Shown: positions 9,907-18,615 of the stretch, in pieces
How the letters are laid out: the number at the start of each line of letters is the position of its first letter
Numbering within the stretch: position 1 is the first letter of the stretch
NCBI GenBank assembly: GCA_963931305.1
Contig: OZ006994.1
Coordinates: 134,882 to 198,881, forward strand
Direction: 5' to 3'
Origin: an uncultured Bacilli bacterium
GTDB lineage: Bacteria; Bacillota_I; Bacilli_A; RF39; UBA660
Length of the DNA: 64,000 bases
Program-made: the position numbers and the translations under genes
The notes under the pieces: model-generated
The model's input: only the letters and a program-made list of their open reading frames with translations
What the model was told of the DNA's origin: nothing
Database searches by the model: none

Positions 9907-10200
9907 ATGGAACAATTTATGAACGAAGAGAAGTTTGCACAAGCAATTGAAAAATTAAAAATGTATTATAAAGAGGAGTCGCTATTATTTGATTCAATGA
10001 CAAAGTTGTTGACTAGCTTCTCACAAGATTATATTTCTGATAACGTAGATGATTTTCAAACATTAGATAATGAATTTTTAACAAAATTTCGTGCGATAAA
10101 AGAAAAACAAGCATATGGGATAAAATCTATGGAACAGTCGTTATTTGGTTACCAAGAAACAAAAATAAAAGTAGAAAATAAGTTAAAGGATATGATGTGA
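9907..10200 (+). CDS. Small helical protein (putative T7SS effector chaperone/adaptor, LapA/DUF3958-like by context)
   Basis: 97 aa and helical. The intergenic distance to the upstream gene is 1 nt. Confidence 0.3.
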   Translation: MEQFMNEEKFAQAIEKLKMYYKEESLLFDSMTKLLTSFSQDYISDNVDDFQTLDNEFLTKFRAIKEKQAYGIKSMEQSLFGYQETKIKVENKLKDMM

Positions 10201-10201
10201 T

Positions 10202-10450
10202 ATGAATACAGAAGAAATGATAAGAAAACAACAATATCAGTTGTTATTGAAACAAATGAAAATGCTACAAAATGAGATAGATGAATTAGAAGATGATTAT
10301 CAAATGGCAAAAAGCCAAGTAGAAAAAAGTATAATGGTTGATCATCATATTGGCTTTGAAAAAGAGTTTGAAACAATTCAAAATAGTCAAACGGCTTTGA
10401 AACAATATTTGATTTATGATATAATTTCTATGATATCAAAAAAAATATAA
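10202..10450 (+). CDS. Small coiled-coil protein (WXG100-like size; putative T7SS helper)
   Basis: 82 aa, Q/E/L-rich coiled coil. It is 1 nt from the upstream ORF and 12 nt from the CHAP-domain gene. Confidence 0.3.
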   Translation: MNTEEMIRKQQYQLLLKQMKMLQNEIDELEDDYQMAKSQVEKSIMVDHHIGFEKEFETIQNSQTALKQYLIYDIISMISKKI

Positions 10451-10462
10451 AGGGGGAGGTAT

Positions 10463-11842
10463 ATGGCATCTAAAATTAAAACTTCTTTAGCAAAAAATAC
10501 AAATATTGAGTTTGATAGTAAACCTCAAAGTCCTAATATTCTTAGTATAGAACAAAATAAAACCAATGTTGATAGTCAAAATAAAAGCAGTGGGAGTTCT
10601 CAAACTTCAAATCTTAATTCAGGACTTAACAAATCAACATCTTCTGTAGAAGAAATATCATATGAAGATTTAAATCTCCCTTTTTTTAAATCGATTGAAA
10701 AAAAAGCGGTTGATTGCTTATCTGCATTAAATCTAAATAATATAAATGAAGATATGATTGAATCAGTAGATGGAAATAAAATTCGTTTAAAAAATGGTAC
10801 TATCATTACTTTATATTCAAATTTGTTAAATGCAAAAAATCACACTTTTGAATTCAATACAATTCCTTATGAATTTCAAGCAGGTATTATTCAAGATATC
10901 AATGGCAATCAATTCATTTTTGATGAAAACGGTGTGCAAGAAGCTAATATAAAAGATTCAAAAGCATATAAAATTGGGAATCATATTGATTGGAATGAAG
11001 ATATTCACAGTATTTTATTGCAGTCTTTTAAAAATGTTGAAAATAAGCAAGAATTTGCATTTATTAAAAAGATCGAAAATAATTATTCATTGTATGAAAA
11101 AGCGCTTAATCAGATATTAGAAAAATATAAAGGTAATGAAGAGCAATTTGTAAAAGATTTTGGATTTTCAATGTATACTTTGGATTCAGATGGAAGTGTT
11201 CATTTTAATTATGAAACACTTGCAGTTTATCTAGGTAAAACATTATGGAATGATTATTATGGATATAAAGATATAAACGAAGTGAATAAGGCTCAATTAC
11301 AATTACGACCAGAATCTGGTAATCAATTATTTCGTATTATGAATGATGGGTCGATTGGTATTAATAATACAAATTATCCTATTGTTTCAATTTCTGAATG
11401 GGATAGAGAAATTGACAATTTTTCTGATTTAGATGTAAAGAAGTATGGCGTAGGAAATAATTTATTAATTGGACAGTGTACTTGGTTTGCTTCTAGAAGA
11501 TATCATCAAACGCATGGAGTAGTACCAGTTACTAATGGAAATGCAACTGATTGGATTTATAATGCGAATCAAAATAGCGTTGGTAGTGTTCCTAAGAAAC
11601 ATTCTGTTATGGTATTGGGAGGAACAGAATATGGACATGTAGCTTTTGTTGAAGATGTAAAATATGATGCTGCTGGGAATGTCACATCTATTACGATTTC
11701 CGAAGCTAATGTAAATGGGGATCCTAATAACGTAGAAAGTACAGTGGCGCGTGCAGAGCAATTAACACGTGTAAATACTTATAGTAGTGTTCAAGAATAT
11801 GCAAATTTAGTAAAAATGCCTGTCAAAGGATTTATTTATTAG
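10463..11842 (+). CDS. CHAP-domain (NlpC/P60-superfamily) peptidoglycan hydrolase/amidase with no signal peptide; candidate T7SS-exported effector
   Basis: The C-terminal ~120 aa form a CHAP domain with catalytic Cys and His (…GQCTWFASRRYHQ… GHVAFVEDV…). The N-terminal ~330 aa are hydrophilic and low-complexity, with no Sec signal or TM. GGGGGAGG lies upstream of the ATG. Confidence 0.65.
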   Translation: MASKIKTSLAKNTNIEFDSKPQSPNILSIEQNKTNVDSQNKSSGSSQTSNLNSGLNKSTSSVEEISYEDLNLPFFKSIEKKAVDCLSALNLNNINEDMIESVDGNKIRLKNGTIITLYSNLLNAKNHTFEFNTIPYEFQAGIIQDINGNQFIFDENGVQEANIKDSKAYKIGNHIDWNEDIHSILLQSFKNVENKQEFAFIKKIENNYSLYEKALNQILEKYKGNEEQFVKDFGFSMYTLDSDGSVHFNYETLAVYLGKTLWNDYYGYKDINEVNKAQLQLRPESGNQLFRIMNDGSIGINNTNYPIVSISEWDREIDNFSDLDVKKYGVGNNLLIGQCTWFASRRYHQTHGVVPVTNGNATDWIYNANQNSVGSVPKKHSVMVLGGTEYGHVAFVEDVKYDAAGNVTSITISEANVNGDPNNVESTVARAEQLTRVNTYSSVQEYANLVKMPVKGFIY

Positions 11843-11912
11843 AAGGAAGTATATATTACTTTCTTTTTGTTTTATATGATTTAAAAACGCATATATTTTA
11901 TTAGGTGATACT

Positions 11913-12578
11913 ATGCTGAAGTATAAATTATATGTGTTTTTTTCGTTTCTTATATTACTTTGTCTTGTTTCTTTTGGCCAAGCAAAGACTGTAAGTAAAC
12001 CTTTATATCAAAAAACTATTTTTTTAGATGCTGGGCATGGTGGTCCTGATAGTGGTGCATTATATCGAAATATATATGAAAAAGATATTAATTTGAGTAT
12101 TGTCAAAAAATTAGAAAAAAAATTAACTGATAAAGGAGCGAAAGTTTTTTTAACACGCGATGGTGATTATGATTTATCTGTACCATATACTGTGAATCGC
12201 AAGCGTAGTGATCTTTCAAGAAGAAGTAATATGATAAACCGTTCTCAGTGTGATTTATACATTTCTATTCACTTAAATGCCGATACTTCTACTACCTATC
12301 ATGGGGCACAAGTATTTTACGATAGTAAAGTAAAACAAAATAAAAAAATTGCTGAAATCATTCAATCTGATTTAAAACAATATTTGTATACCACAAGAGA
12401 AGCAAAACAAAAGAACGATATGTATTTATTTCATCGCTTAGAAAAACCTGGTGTTTTAGTAGAAATAGGATATATTACGAATCCAAATGATCGTTATTTG
12501 CTATTGCAAAATGAATATCAAGAAAAAGTCGCTAAGATTTTAACAAATAGTATTATCCGTTATTTTTATAAAAAATAA
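11913..12578 (+). CDS. cwlD: Germination-specific N-acetylmuramoyl-L-alanine amidase CwlD (Amidase_3)
   Basis: 221 aa: signal/anchor segment plus Amidase_3. Near-collinear motif matches to B. subtilis CwlD (IFLDAGHGGPDSGA, LYISIHLNA, HGAQVFY, KPGVLVEIGYITNP, YQEKVAKILTNSIIRYF). Confidence 0.8.
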   Translation: MLKYKLYVFFSFLILLCLVSFGQAKTVSKPLYQKTIFLDAGHGGPDSGALYRNIYEKDINLSIVKKLEKKLTDKGAKVFLTRDGDYDLSVPYTVNRKRSDLSRRSNMINRSQCDLYISIHLNADTSTTYHGAQVFYDSKVKQNKKIAEIIQSDLKQYLYTTREAKQKNDMYLFHRLEKPGVLVEIGYITNPNDRYLLLQNEYQEKVAKILTNSIIRYFYKK

Positions 12579-12633
12579 CTATATTTTTTTATTTGATAAT
12601 AAAACATAAAAAAAACATATTTCACCACAATTT

Positions 12634-12646
12634 TTGTGATATAATT
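12634..12646 (+). promoter_or_regulatory. Extended -10 promoter element upstream of the Abi_2 gene
   Basis: TGtgaTATAAT motif ~15 nt upstream of the RBS taggtgag. Confidence 0.35.
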
Positions 12647-12661
12647 AACCTAGGTGAGAGT

Positions 12662-13594
12662 ATGAGGAGCAAGATATTTAAAACCCTGGATGAACAACTT
12701 GCTATCTTAGAGGAACGTGGTTTAGTAATTCAGGACTATGATAAAGCAAAGGCAATTTTATTCCGTGAAAATTATTTTTTCATTAATGGATATCGTCATT
12801 TATTTGCAAAAAGTCCTAAAAATGATCAATTTATTACTGGAACGACTTTTGATGAATTATATGCAACTTTTACTTTCGACCGTAGTCTTAGAAATTTAAT
12901 GTTTAAATATTTGCTCATTATAGAAAATAATATAAAATCTATTATTAGTTATCAATTATCTAGAAAATATGGATATAAAGAAAAAGAATACTTAAACCCA
13001 AATAACTTTACACAAGATTCTATGAAAACAAGACAAGTACATGATATTTTGTCAAAAATGAAGAGACAGATTCGTGTTAATGGAAAGCAGCATACTGCGA
13101 CCTCTCACTATCTATTAAATTACGGATATATTCCAATGTGGATCTTGGTAAAAGTATTGTCTTTTGGCATTGTTTCTGAATTATATACAATTTTAAAATC
13201 AGAAGATCAATTAGTAATTGCTGATTTTTATCATATTGATACAGAAACATTAGGTATCTTTTTAGCGCTTCTTTCTAATTTTAGAAACTTATGTGCGCAT
13301 GAAGATATTTTATATGATCATAGGACACAACGCTCTATACCAGATAATAAATACCATTATGCACTTCATGTTGATAAAACAGATGATGAATATAATTATG
13401 GGAAAAATGATTTATTTGCTTTAATTATTATTATGAAATATATGTTATCTTCTGAAGAGTTTTCTGATATGATGAATGAACTCAGTTATGAGATTGATCG
13501 GTTAGATGGTATTGTGAATGTTGTCCCATTAAATACAATATTAAATAAAATTGGTTTTCCAGATAATTGGCGTGATATTGAACTTTTAGATTAG
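12662..13594 (+). CDS. Abi_2 family abortive-infection protein (AbiD/AbiF/AbiD1-like)
   Basis: ~310 aa. The N-terminus is the typical Abi_2 start (…FKTLDEQLAILEERGLVI…) and conserved blocks follow (NYGYIPMWILVKVLSFG, FRNLCAHED). The start is taken at the ATG at 12662 after a GGTGAG RBS. The ORF extends upstream to 12593. Confidence 0.7.
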   Translation: MRSKIFKTLDEQLAILEERGLVIQDYDKAKAILFRENYFFINGYRHLFAKSPKNDQFITGTTFDELYATFTFDRSLRNLMFKYLLIIENNIKSIISYQLSRKYGYKEKEYLNPNNFTQDSMKTRQVHDILSKMKRQIRVNGKQHTATSHYLLNYGYIPMWILVKVLSFGIVSELYTILKSEDQLVIADFYHIDTETLGIFLALLSNFRNLCAHEDILYDHRTQRSIPDNKYHYALHVDKTDDEYNYGKNDLFALIIIMKYMLSSEEFSDMMNELSYEIDRLDGIVNVVPLNTILNKIGFPDNWRDIELLD

Positions 13595-13602
13595 GAGGTT
13601 TT

Positions 13603-14694
13603 ATGAAACAAAATACAAAACAAAAAGTAATTTATATTGTATCAATCATTATTGCAATTTTTGTTGGTGTGATTGCAACAGTATTAGTTTTAAAATTTGT
13701 TCCTGGAACAAAAGAGGTTGTGAATCGTACTGTAAAAGATGTAAGTATTGAGGAAACAAATACCATTAAAGAATCAATTACCAAAATAAAAGATGCGGTG
13801 GTGGTAATTGAGGCATATAAAAATGGCCAGAAGATATCTCAAGGATCTGGATTTGTATATAAAAAAGAAGATCAAAAAGGTTATGTATTAACAAATCATC
13901 ATGTTATTGATGATGCTGATGAAATAAAAGTAGTAAATAACAACGATCAATCTGTTGATGCAAAATTATTAGGTAGTGATGAATTATCTGATTTAGCAGT
14001 TCTTTCAATTGATGAAAGTGCGGTTATGGATGTTGCAACCTTTGGAAAGAGTGATAATGTAGAGGTAGGAGATACAGTGTTTACTGTAGGAACCCCTCTT
14101 GGAAATGAATATAAAGGAACGGTTACAAAAGGAATTTTATCTGGGAAAAATCGTCTCGTATCAGTTGATACAACTTCTGGAGGATTTGTGATGGAAGTAT
14201 TACAAACAGATGCTGCAATGAATCCAGGAAATAGTGGTGGTCCGCTTGTAAATATTAATGGAGAAGTAATCGGTGTTAATTCTTTAAAACTTGTTGAAGA
14301 TGAAATTGAAGGTATGGGTTTTGCCATTCCGTCTGAATTAGTACAAACAGAATTAGAGTCTTTAGAGCAAGGAAAGGAAATTGTACGTCCTAAATTAGGA
14401 GTTGAATTTACAGATTTATCTAATTCTTATCTTTTATATCGTAGTGGTATTATGATTGATAAAGATATTGATCAAGGAATTGTAGTAGTAAGTGTATCTA
14501 AGGGAACGCCTGCTAGTGATGCTGGTTTACAAACAGGAGATGTTATTACTGAAATGGATGGAACAGAAGTAAAAAGTACTAGCCATTTTAGATATTTATT
14601 ATATAAACATAAAGTAGGAGATACAGTTACTATCAAATATATTCGCAATGGTAATACAGAAGAAGTAAAATTACATTTAAATCAAGAAGCATAA
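13603..14694 (+). CDS. htrA: HtrA/DegP-family serine protease (trypsin-like domain + PDZ)
   Basis: N-terminal TM anchor; catalytic His (TNHHV), Asp and Ser (GNSGGPLVN); C-terminal PDZ domain. Confidence 0.85.
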   Translation: MKQNTKQKVIYIVSIIIAIFVGVIATVLVLKFVPGTKEVVNRTVKDVSIEETNTIKESITKIKDAVVVIEAYKNGQKISQGSGFVYKKEDQKGYVLTNHHVIDDADEIKVVNNNDQSVDAKLLGSDELSDLAVLSIDESAVMDVATFGKSDNVEVGDTVFTVGTPLGNEYKGTVTKGILSGKNRLVSVDTTSGGFVMEVLQTDAAMNPGNSGGPLVNINGEVIGVNSLKLVEDEIEGMGFAIPSELVQTELESLEQGKEIVRPKLGVEFTDLSNSYLLYRSGIMIDKDIDQGIVVVSVSKGTPASDAGLQTGDVITEMDGTEVKSTSHFRYLLYKHKVGDTVTIKYIRNGNTEEVKLHLNQEA

Positions 14695-14730
14695 AAACTA
14701 ACTTTATTGGTTAGTTTTTTTTCGCCCACA
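14695..14730 (+). terminator. Rho-independent terminator after htrA
   Basis: aaactaac-ttta-ttggttagttt followed by a T-run. Confidence 0.5.
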
Positions 14731-14806
14731 TATTTAAATCTCTCATTTTATAGTTTTTTTGTGACAAAGTATAATCATTTACATATTTTAATATAGGGGT
14801 GAAAAC

Positions 14807-15100
14807 ATGAATAATCCAAGAATTGTCATTGATGCAGGACATGGTGGTACGGATGGAGGAGCAACAGGAAATGGAATTATAGAAAAAAACTTAACTTTAG
14901 ATATTTCTAAATATATGTATAATCGTTTTCGTGAGCTTGGAATTCCTGTTACAATGACTAGAACTACTGATGAAACTTTATCTCCTACAGAGCGTGTAAA
15001 TCGTATTATGGATGCATATGGTGATGAGAAGGGAGTCATTATTATTTCAAATCACATCAATGCGGGGGGAGCGGAGTTTAGTTACCATTACATAATTTAA
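14807..15100 (+). CDS. 5' segment of a split Amidase_3-LysM cell-wall amidase gene (N-terminal catalytic half, interrupted after …HINAGG)
   Basis: Amidase_3 N-terminal motifs (IVIDAGHGGTDGGA… ISNHINAGG). After codon GGA (15068-15070) the frame reads 10 foreign codons and then stops. The rest of the domain resumes at 20188. Confidence 0.7.
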   Translation: MNNPRIVIDAGHGGTDGGATGNGIIEKNLTLDISKYMYNRFRELGIPVTMTRTTDETLSPTERVNRIMDAYGDEKGVIIISNHINAGGAEFSYHYII

Positions 15101-15408
15101 TTGGGCAGTTATAAGAGGCTCAGTAAGATATAAGACTTATATTAGAACTTATCTTATAGAAATATAAGATGAATACAGTTTAAACTATTACATATTTCAA
15201 AGAACTAAAATGAAATATGAAAAGGGGTAAAAAAACATATGTTATAGTTTAAACATATCAAAGGAGACTTTCTCCTTTAGAGGGATTTTGTTTACTATTT
15301 TTTGTAATTAGGCTTATAAAATGTAAGTCTTTTTTGTTGTTTAATTTAAATAAATATAGGAGAAATGTTAAAAATTAATACTAAAGAATTAAGAAAAAAG
15401 GCTGATAA

Positions 15409-15708
15409 ATGAACTTCGACAAGTATTTAAAAATTCCAATGTTTTTAGCTGATGATAAGAATATAGGACATAGTGGTAAATTGTTATATGCTAGACTATT
15501 ATTACTTACACATAAAGAAGGTTATTGCTATGCTGATAATAGCTACTTAGGTAATTTAATAGGGGTAGGATCTAGAAGAATAACTAAACTATTAAAAGAA
15601 TTATCAGATAATAATTATATAACTATGGAATATAAACATAAATTTCAAAGAAAAATTTATATTAATAAAAATAAATATACATCCATTACTTTAGAAGAAA
15701 TGTTCTAA
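15409..15708 (+). CDS. Small putative winged-helix DNA-binding protein (phage/plasmid RepA-N / HTH_36-like); possible excision/regulatory factor of the element
   Basis: 99 aa with the pattern …GKLLYARLLLLTHKEGYCYADNSYLGNLIGVGSRRITKLLKELSDNNYI…, typical of phage helix-turn-helix proteins. It is followed by a hairpin at 15712-15736. Confidence 0.35.
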   Translation: MNFDKYLKIPMFLADDKNIGHSGKLLYARLLLLTHKEGYCYADNSYLGNLIGVGSRRITKLLKELSDNNYITMEYKHKFQRKIYINKNKYTSITLEEMF

Positions 15709-16074
15709 TTAATTGGATGTATATTTTACATCCAATGGATCTTTATATCTACAATAATATAATAAATAGAATATAAAAAATATTAATAGGATATATTTAT
15801 TATAAAATTATTTTATATATTTAAAAAGAGAAAGGAAGTTGATATATGTATGATAAAAAAATAATTTTAAACATAAATTTAAATAGGTGGTTTAAATATG
15901 AGAGGAGCCTATTTGAATAAAATTTCATTTAAAGATCTTATTTTGAAGTACTTAATCGAAGAGATAATGAAACAAGAAGGAGTAAAAAATAATTAATGAT
16001 TTGCAATTATTCATTAATGATGTTATCATTCATTTGTCTAAATACCCAATTAAGTAAGAAGATTGGAGGAATGA

Positions 16075-17730
16075 ATGAATAATACTTACTTAAATGGATT
16101 AGATTTCAATGTTGGAATCTATATAAGATTATCTCAAGAAGATAAGGACAAAAAATATGAATCTGATAGTGAAAGTGTAATAAATCAAAAAGAATTATTA
16201 AGAAATTATGTTAAAAATAATAATTTTAATTTAGTTAAAGAATATGTTGATGATGGATTTTCTGGAACCGATTTTGAAAGACCAGGATTTAAAAGTTTAT
16301 TAGAAGATATTAATAATAAAAAAATTAATTGTGTAATAGTAAAAGATTTATCAAGACTCGGTCGTGATCATGTTATGACTGGTTATTATATTGAAACGTT
16401 TTTTCCAGAGAACAATATAAGATTTATTTCTATATTAGAATCCTTTGATAGTTTTAAAAATCAAGCTAGTAATGATTCATCAACATTTATAATTGCATGT
16501 AATGATTATTATAGTAAACAAAATTCTGTTAAAATTAGAAATGTATTAAACGAAAAAAGAAAGAATGGAAAGTTTATAGGGAGTTTACCTAGTTTTGGAT
16601 ATATGAGAGATCCAAAAGATAAAGGACACTTAATCCCTAATCCAGAAACTGCTCCAATTGTTAAAAAGATATTCAAGTGGAGAGCAGATGGTATTGGACC
16701 TACTGAAATAGCAACTAGATTAAATAATAATAATGTTCCAACTCCAAGTGGCTATAAGAAAACAAACTTTTCTTCTAGATTAATTGATAGGGATACTTGG
16801 AATATTTCCACAGTAAAGAAAATTTTAACAAATAGAATTTATACTGGAGATATGGTTCAACACACTCAAGCTAAAGCGAATTATAAGTCTAAGAAAAAAA
16901 TAAATCTTGATGCAAGTTTATGGATGATAGTAGAAAATACACATCAACCTTTAGTTGATAAAACAACATTTGAATATGTTCAATCGCTTAGAAAAAGATA
17001 TACTAGAAATGTACCTATAAAAACAGGTAGGGAAAAAAGAATTTTGGAAGGTAAGTTATTTTGTAAGGAATGTGGAAATAGATTATCGGTTTATTATAGA
17101 AAAAAACAAGATTATTGGTCTATTAATTGTAATAGATATTCTAGAGATCCAAAAAGAGGGAGATGCAGTTCACATTTCTTTCCATATAACTATCTAGAAG
17201 ACCAGATATTAGAAAAAATTGATGAATCAGTATCTAGTTTTATTAAAGAATTAAATATAGATGAATTAAATAAAAAAGTAATAAAAACAATTTATAAGCA
17301 AACACAAAGCGTTGATAAAAAAATTAGTGATTTAAATAAAGATAAAGAACAAATATTAAATAGGTTATCAAATTTGTATAATGATAGATGTGAAGGTATT
17401 ATAACGGGAGTATTATATCAAGAATTATCTTTAGAATCAGAAAAAAAGTTAAAGAAGATAAATGAAAGTATTAAAAATGAAAAAATAAAAAAATTAAATA
17501 TTAAAAATAAAAGTGCAACATTACCTAATTATACTAAAAAAATAAAAGAATTATTAGATTTAAAGAAGCCTCGGAAATCATTAATAGATACACTGATAGA
17601 CACAATAGCAATTGATGAAAAAAGAAATATATGTATAAAATTTAAATATGAAGTGATTCCAAATATTAATTTTAAATATGAAAATAGAAACTTGGCTAGA
17701 AATCCGTATGGTAGAAAAGGAAAGAAATAA
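16075..17730 (+). CDS. Large serine recombinase (resolvase/invertase catalytic domain + recombinase + zinc-ribbon/coiled-coil C-terminal region)
   Basis: 551 aa. N-terminal serine-recombinase catalytic motif (VGIYIRLSQED… DDGFSGTDFERPGF… VIVKDLSRLGRD), a central recombinase domain and a Cys-rich zinc ribbon (CKECGN…C…C), as in SpoIVCA, SprA, CcrB and phiC31-type integrases. Confidence 0.85.
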   Translation: MNNTYLNGLDFNVGIYIRLSQEDKDKKYESDSESVINQKELLRNYVKNNNFNLVKEYVDDGFSGTDFERPGFKSLLEDINNKKINCVIVKDLSRLGRDHVMTGYYIETFFPENNIRFISILESFDSFKNQASNDSSTFIIACNDYYSKQNSVKIRNVLNEKRKNGKFIGSLPSFGYMRDPKDKGHLIPNPETAPIVKKIFKWRADGIGPTEIATRLNNNNVPTPSGYKKTNFSSRLIDRDTWNISTVKKILTNRIYTGDMVQHTQAKANYKSKKKINLDASLWMIVENTHQPLVDKTTFEYVQSLRKRYTRNVPIKTGREKRILEGKLFCKECGNRLSVYYRKKQDYWSINCNRYSRDPKRGRCSSHFFPYNYLEDQILEKIDESVSSFIKELNIDELNKKVIKTIYKQTQSVDKKISDLNKDKEQILNRLSNLYNDRCEGIITGVLYQELSLESEKKLKKINESIKNEKIKKLNIKNKSATLPNYTKKIKELLDLKKPRKSLIDTLIDTIAIDEKRNICIKFKYEVIPNINFKYENRNLARNPYGRKGKK

Positions 17731-17812
17731 CTTTAATATGTTCTATTTTAAACATAACTAATAAAATTATAGTATAATAATATTGTAGTTTGATATGAAG
17801 GGATGTAACTAT

Positions 17813-18541
17813 ATGATTAAAGTGGAATTAACAAAAAATTATACTGGTGTTAATATATCTGGTGACTATGAAGATTTAGATTTTCTATATGATTCAATTC
17901 ATTATTTTATAAAAGAAGAACCTAAAAGTTTAATTGAAGAATCTATGCAAGATCATATTTTTGGATTTTTATATGAGGTTAGACATTGTTATCAAGGTGA
18001 TAGAGATTTTAAATTTGTTGATAATGAACTTAGAGATGAAGTTAGAGAATATCAAAAGATACAAAAAAATGAGATCTCAAATAACAATTTATATTATAGT
18101 TTTGACTATGTTTTAACTGATTTATTTACGGATATGGTATTAATTAAATATTTTATTATGAATATTCCAAAAACCGAAAAAAATGATTATAATCCATATT
18201 TGAACAATGTCAAATTGTTTTATTCGCAAATTTTAAATTTGATGCAAGAGATTTTAACACCTACAAAGATGAGAAAATTAGAAAAAGGATTTATTGATAC
18301 AATAATTTCGGACAAAATATTTTTTCCACAATGGTTTGATGTTATAACGTGCAATTACTTAAAACAAACTAAAGAAAAAAGAGTAAAAGAGTTATCTAAA
18401 ACTTTAGATGCTATTTATAATTATAGTGATTATATGGATTACTCTAAAATGAAAATAGAAGTAGAAAAATATTGCAATGAAAATAATTGTTTAATAACAA
18501 ATGTAACAATATGTGAATATCCTGGTGAAATAGAATGGTAA
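17813..18541 (+). CDS. Hypothetical protein (element cargo)
   Basis: ~242 aa with no recognisable motif. The start is taken at the ATG at 17813, 9 nt downstream of an AAGGGA RBS. An in-frame ATG at 17795 is also possible. Confidence 0.3.
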   Translation: MIKVELTKNYTGVNISGDYEDLDFLYDSIHYFIKEEPKSLIEESMQDHIFGFLYEVRHCYQGDRDFKFVDNELRDEVREYQKIQKNEISNNNLYYSFDYVLTDLFTDMVLIKYFIMNIPKTEKNDYNPYLNNVKLFYSQILNLMQEILTPTKMRKLEKGFIDTIISDKIFFPQWFDVITCNYLKQTKEKRVKELSKTLDAIYNYSDYMDYSKMKIEVEKYCNENNCLITNVTICEYPGEIEW

Positions 18542-18615
18542 TATGCAAATATTTTTAAAATATCGACAATAAAAACATTTTATAGTATGTATAATAAATA
18601 TAAGGAGATGATTCG

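Noticed and set aside
10463-11842. The CHAP protein as a Sec-secreted EssH-like accessory hydrolase
   Set aside because: No signal peptide or TM helix is visible at the N-terminus. Its position after WXG-like helper genes fits a T7SS cargo better. The question is left open in the findings.
15712-15736. Hairpin attggatgta-N6-acatccaat after the HTH gene, considered as a terminator
   Set aside because: It is not followed by a U-run. It may be an operator or att-associated structure, but the evidence is too weak to call it a terminator.
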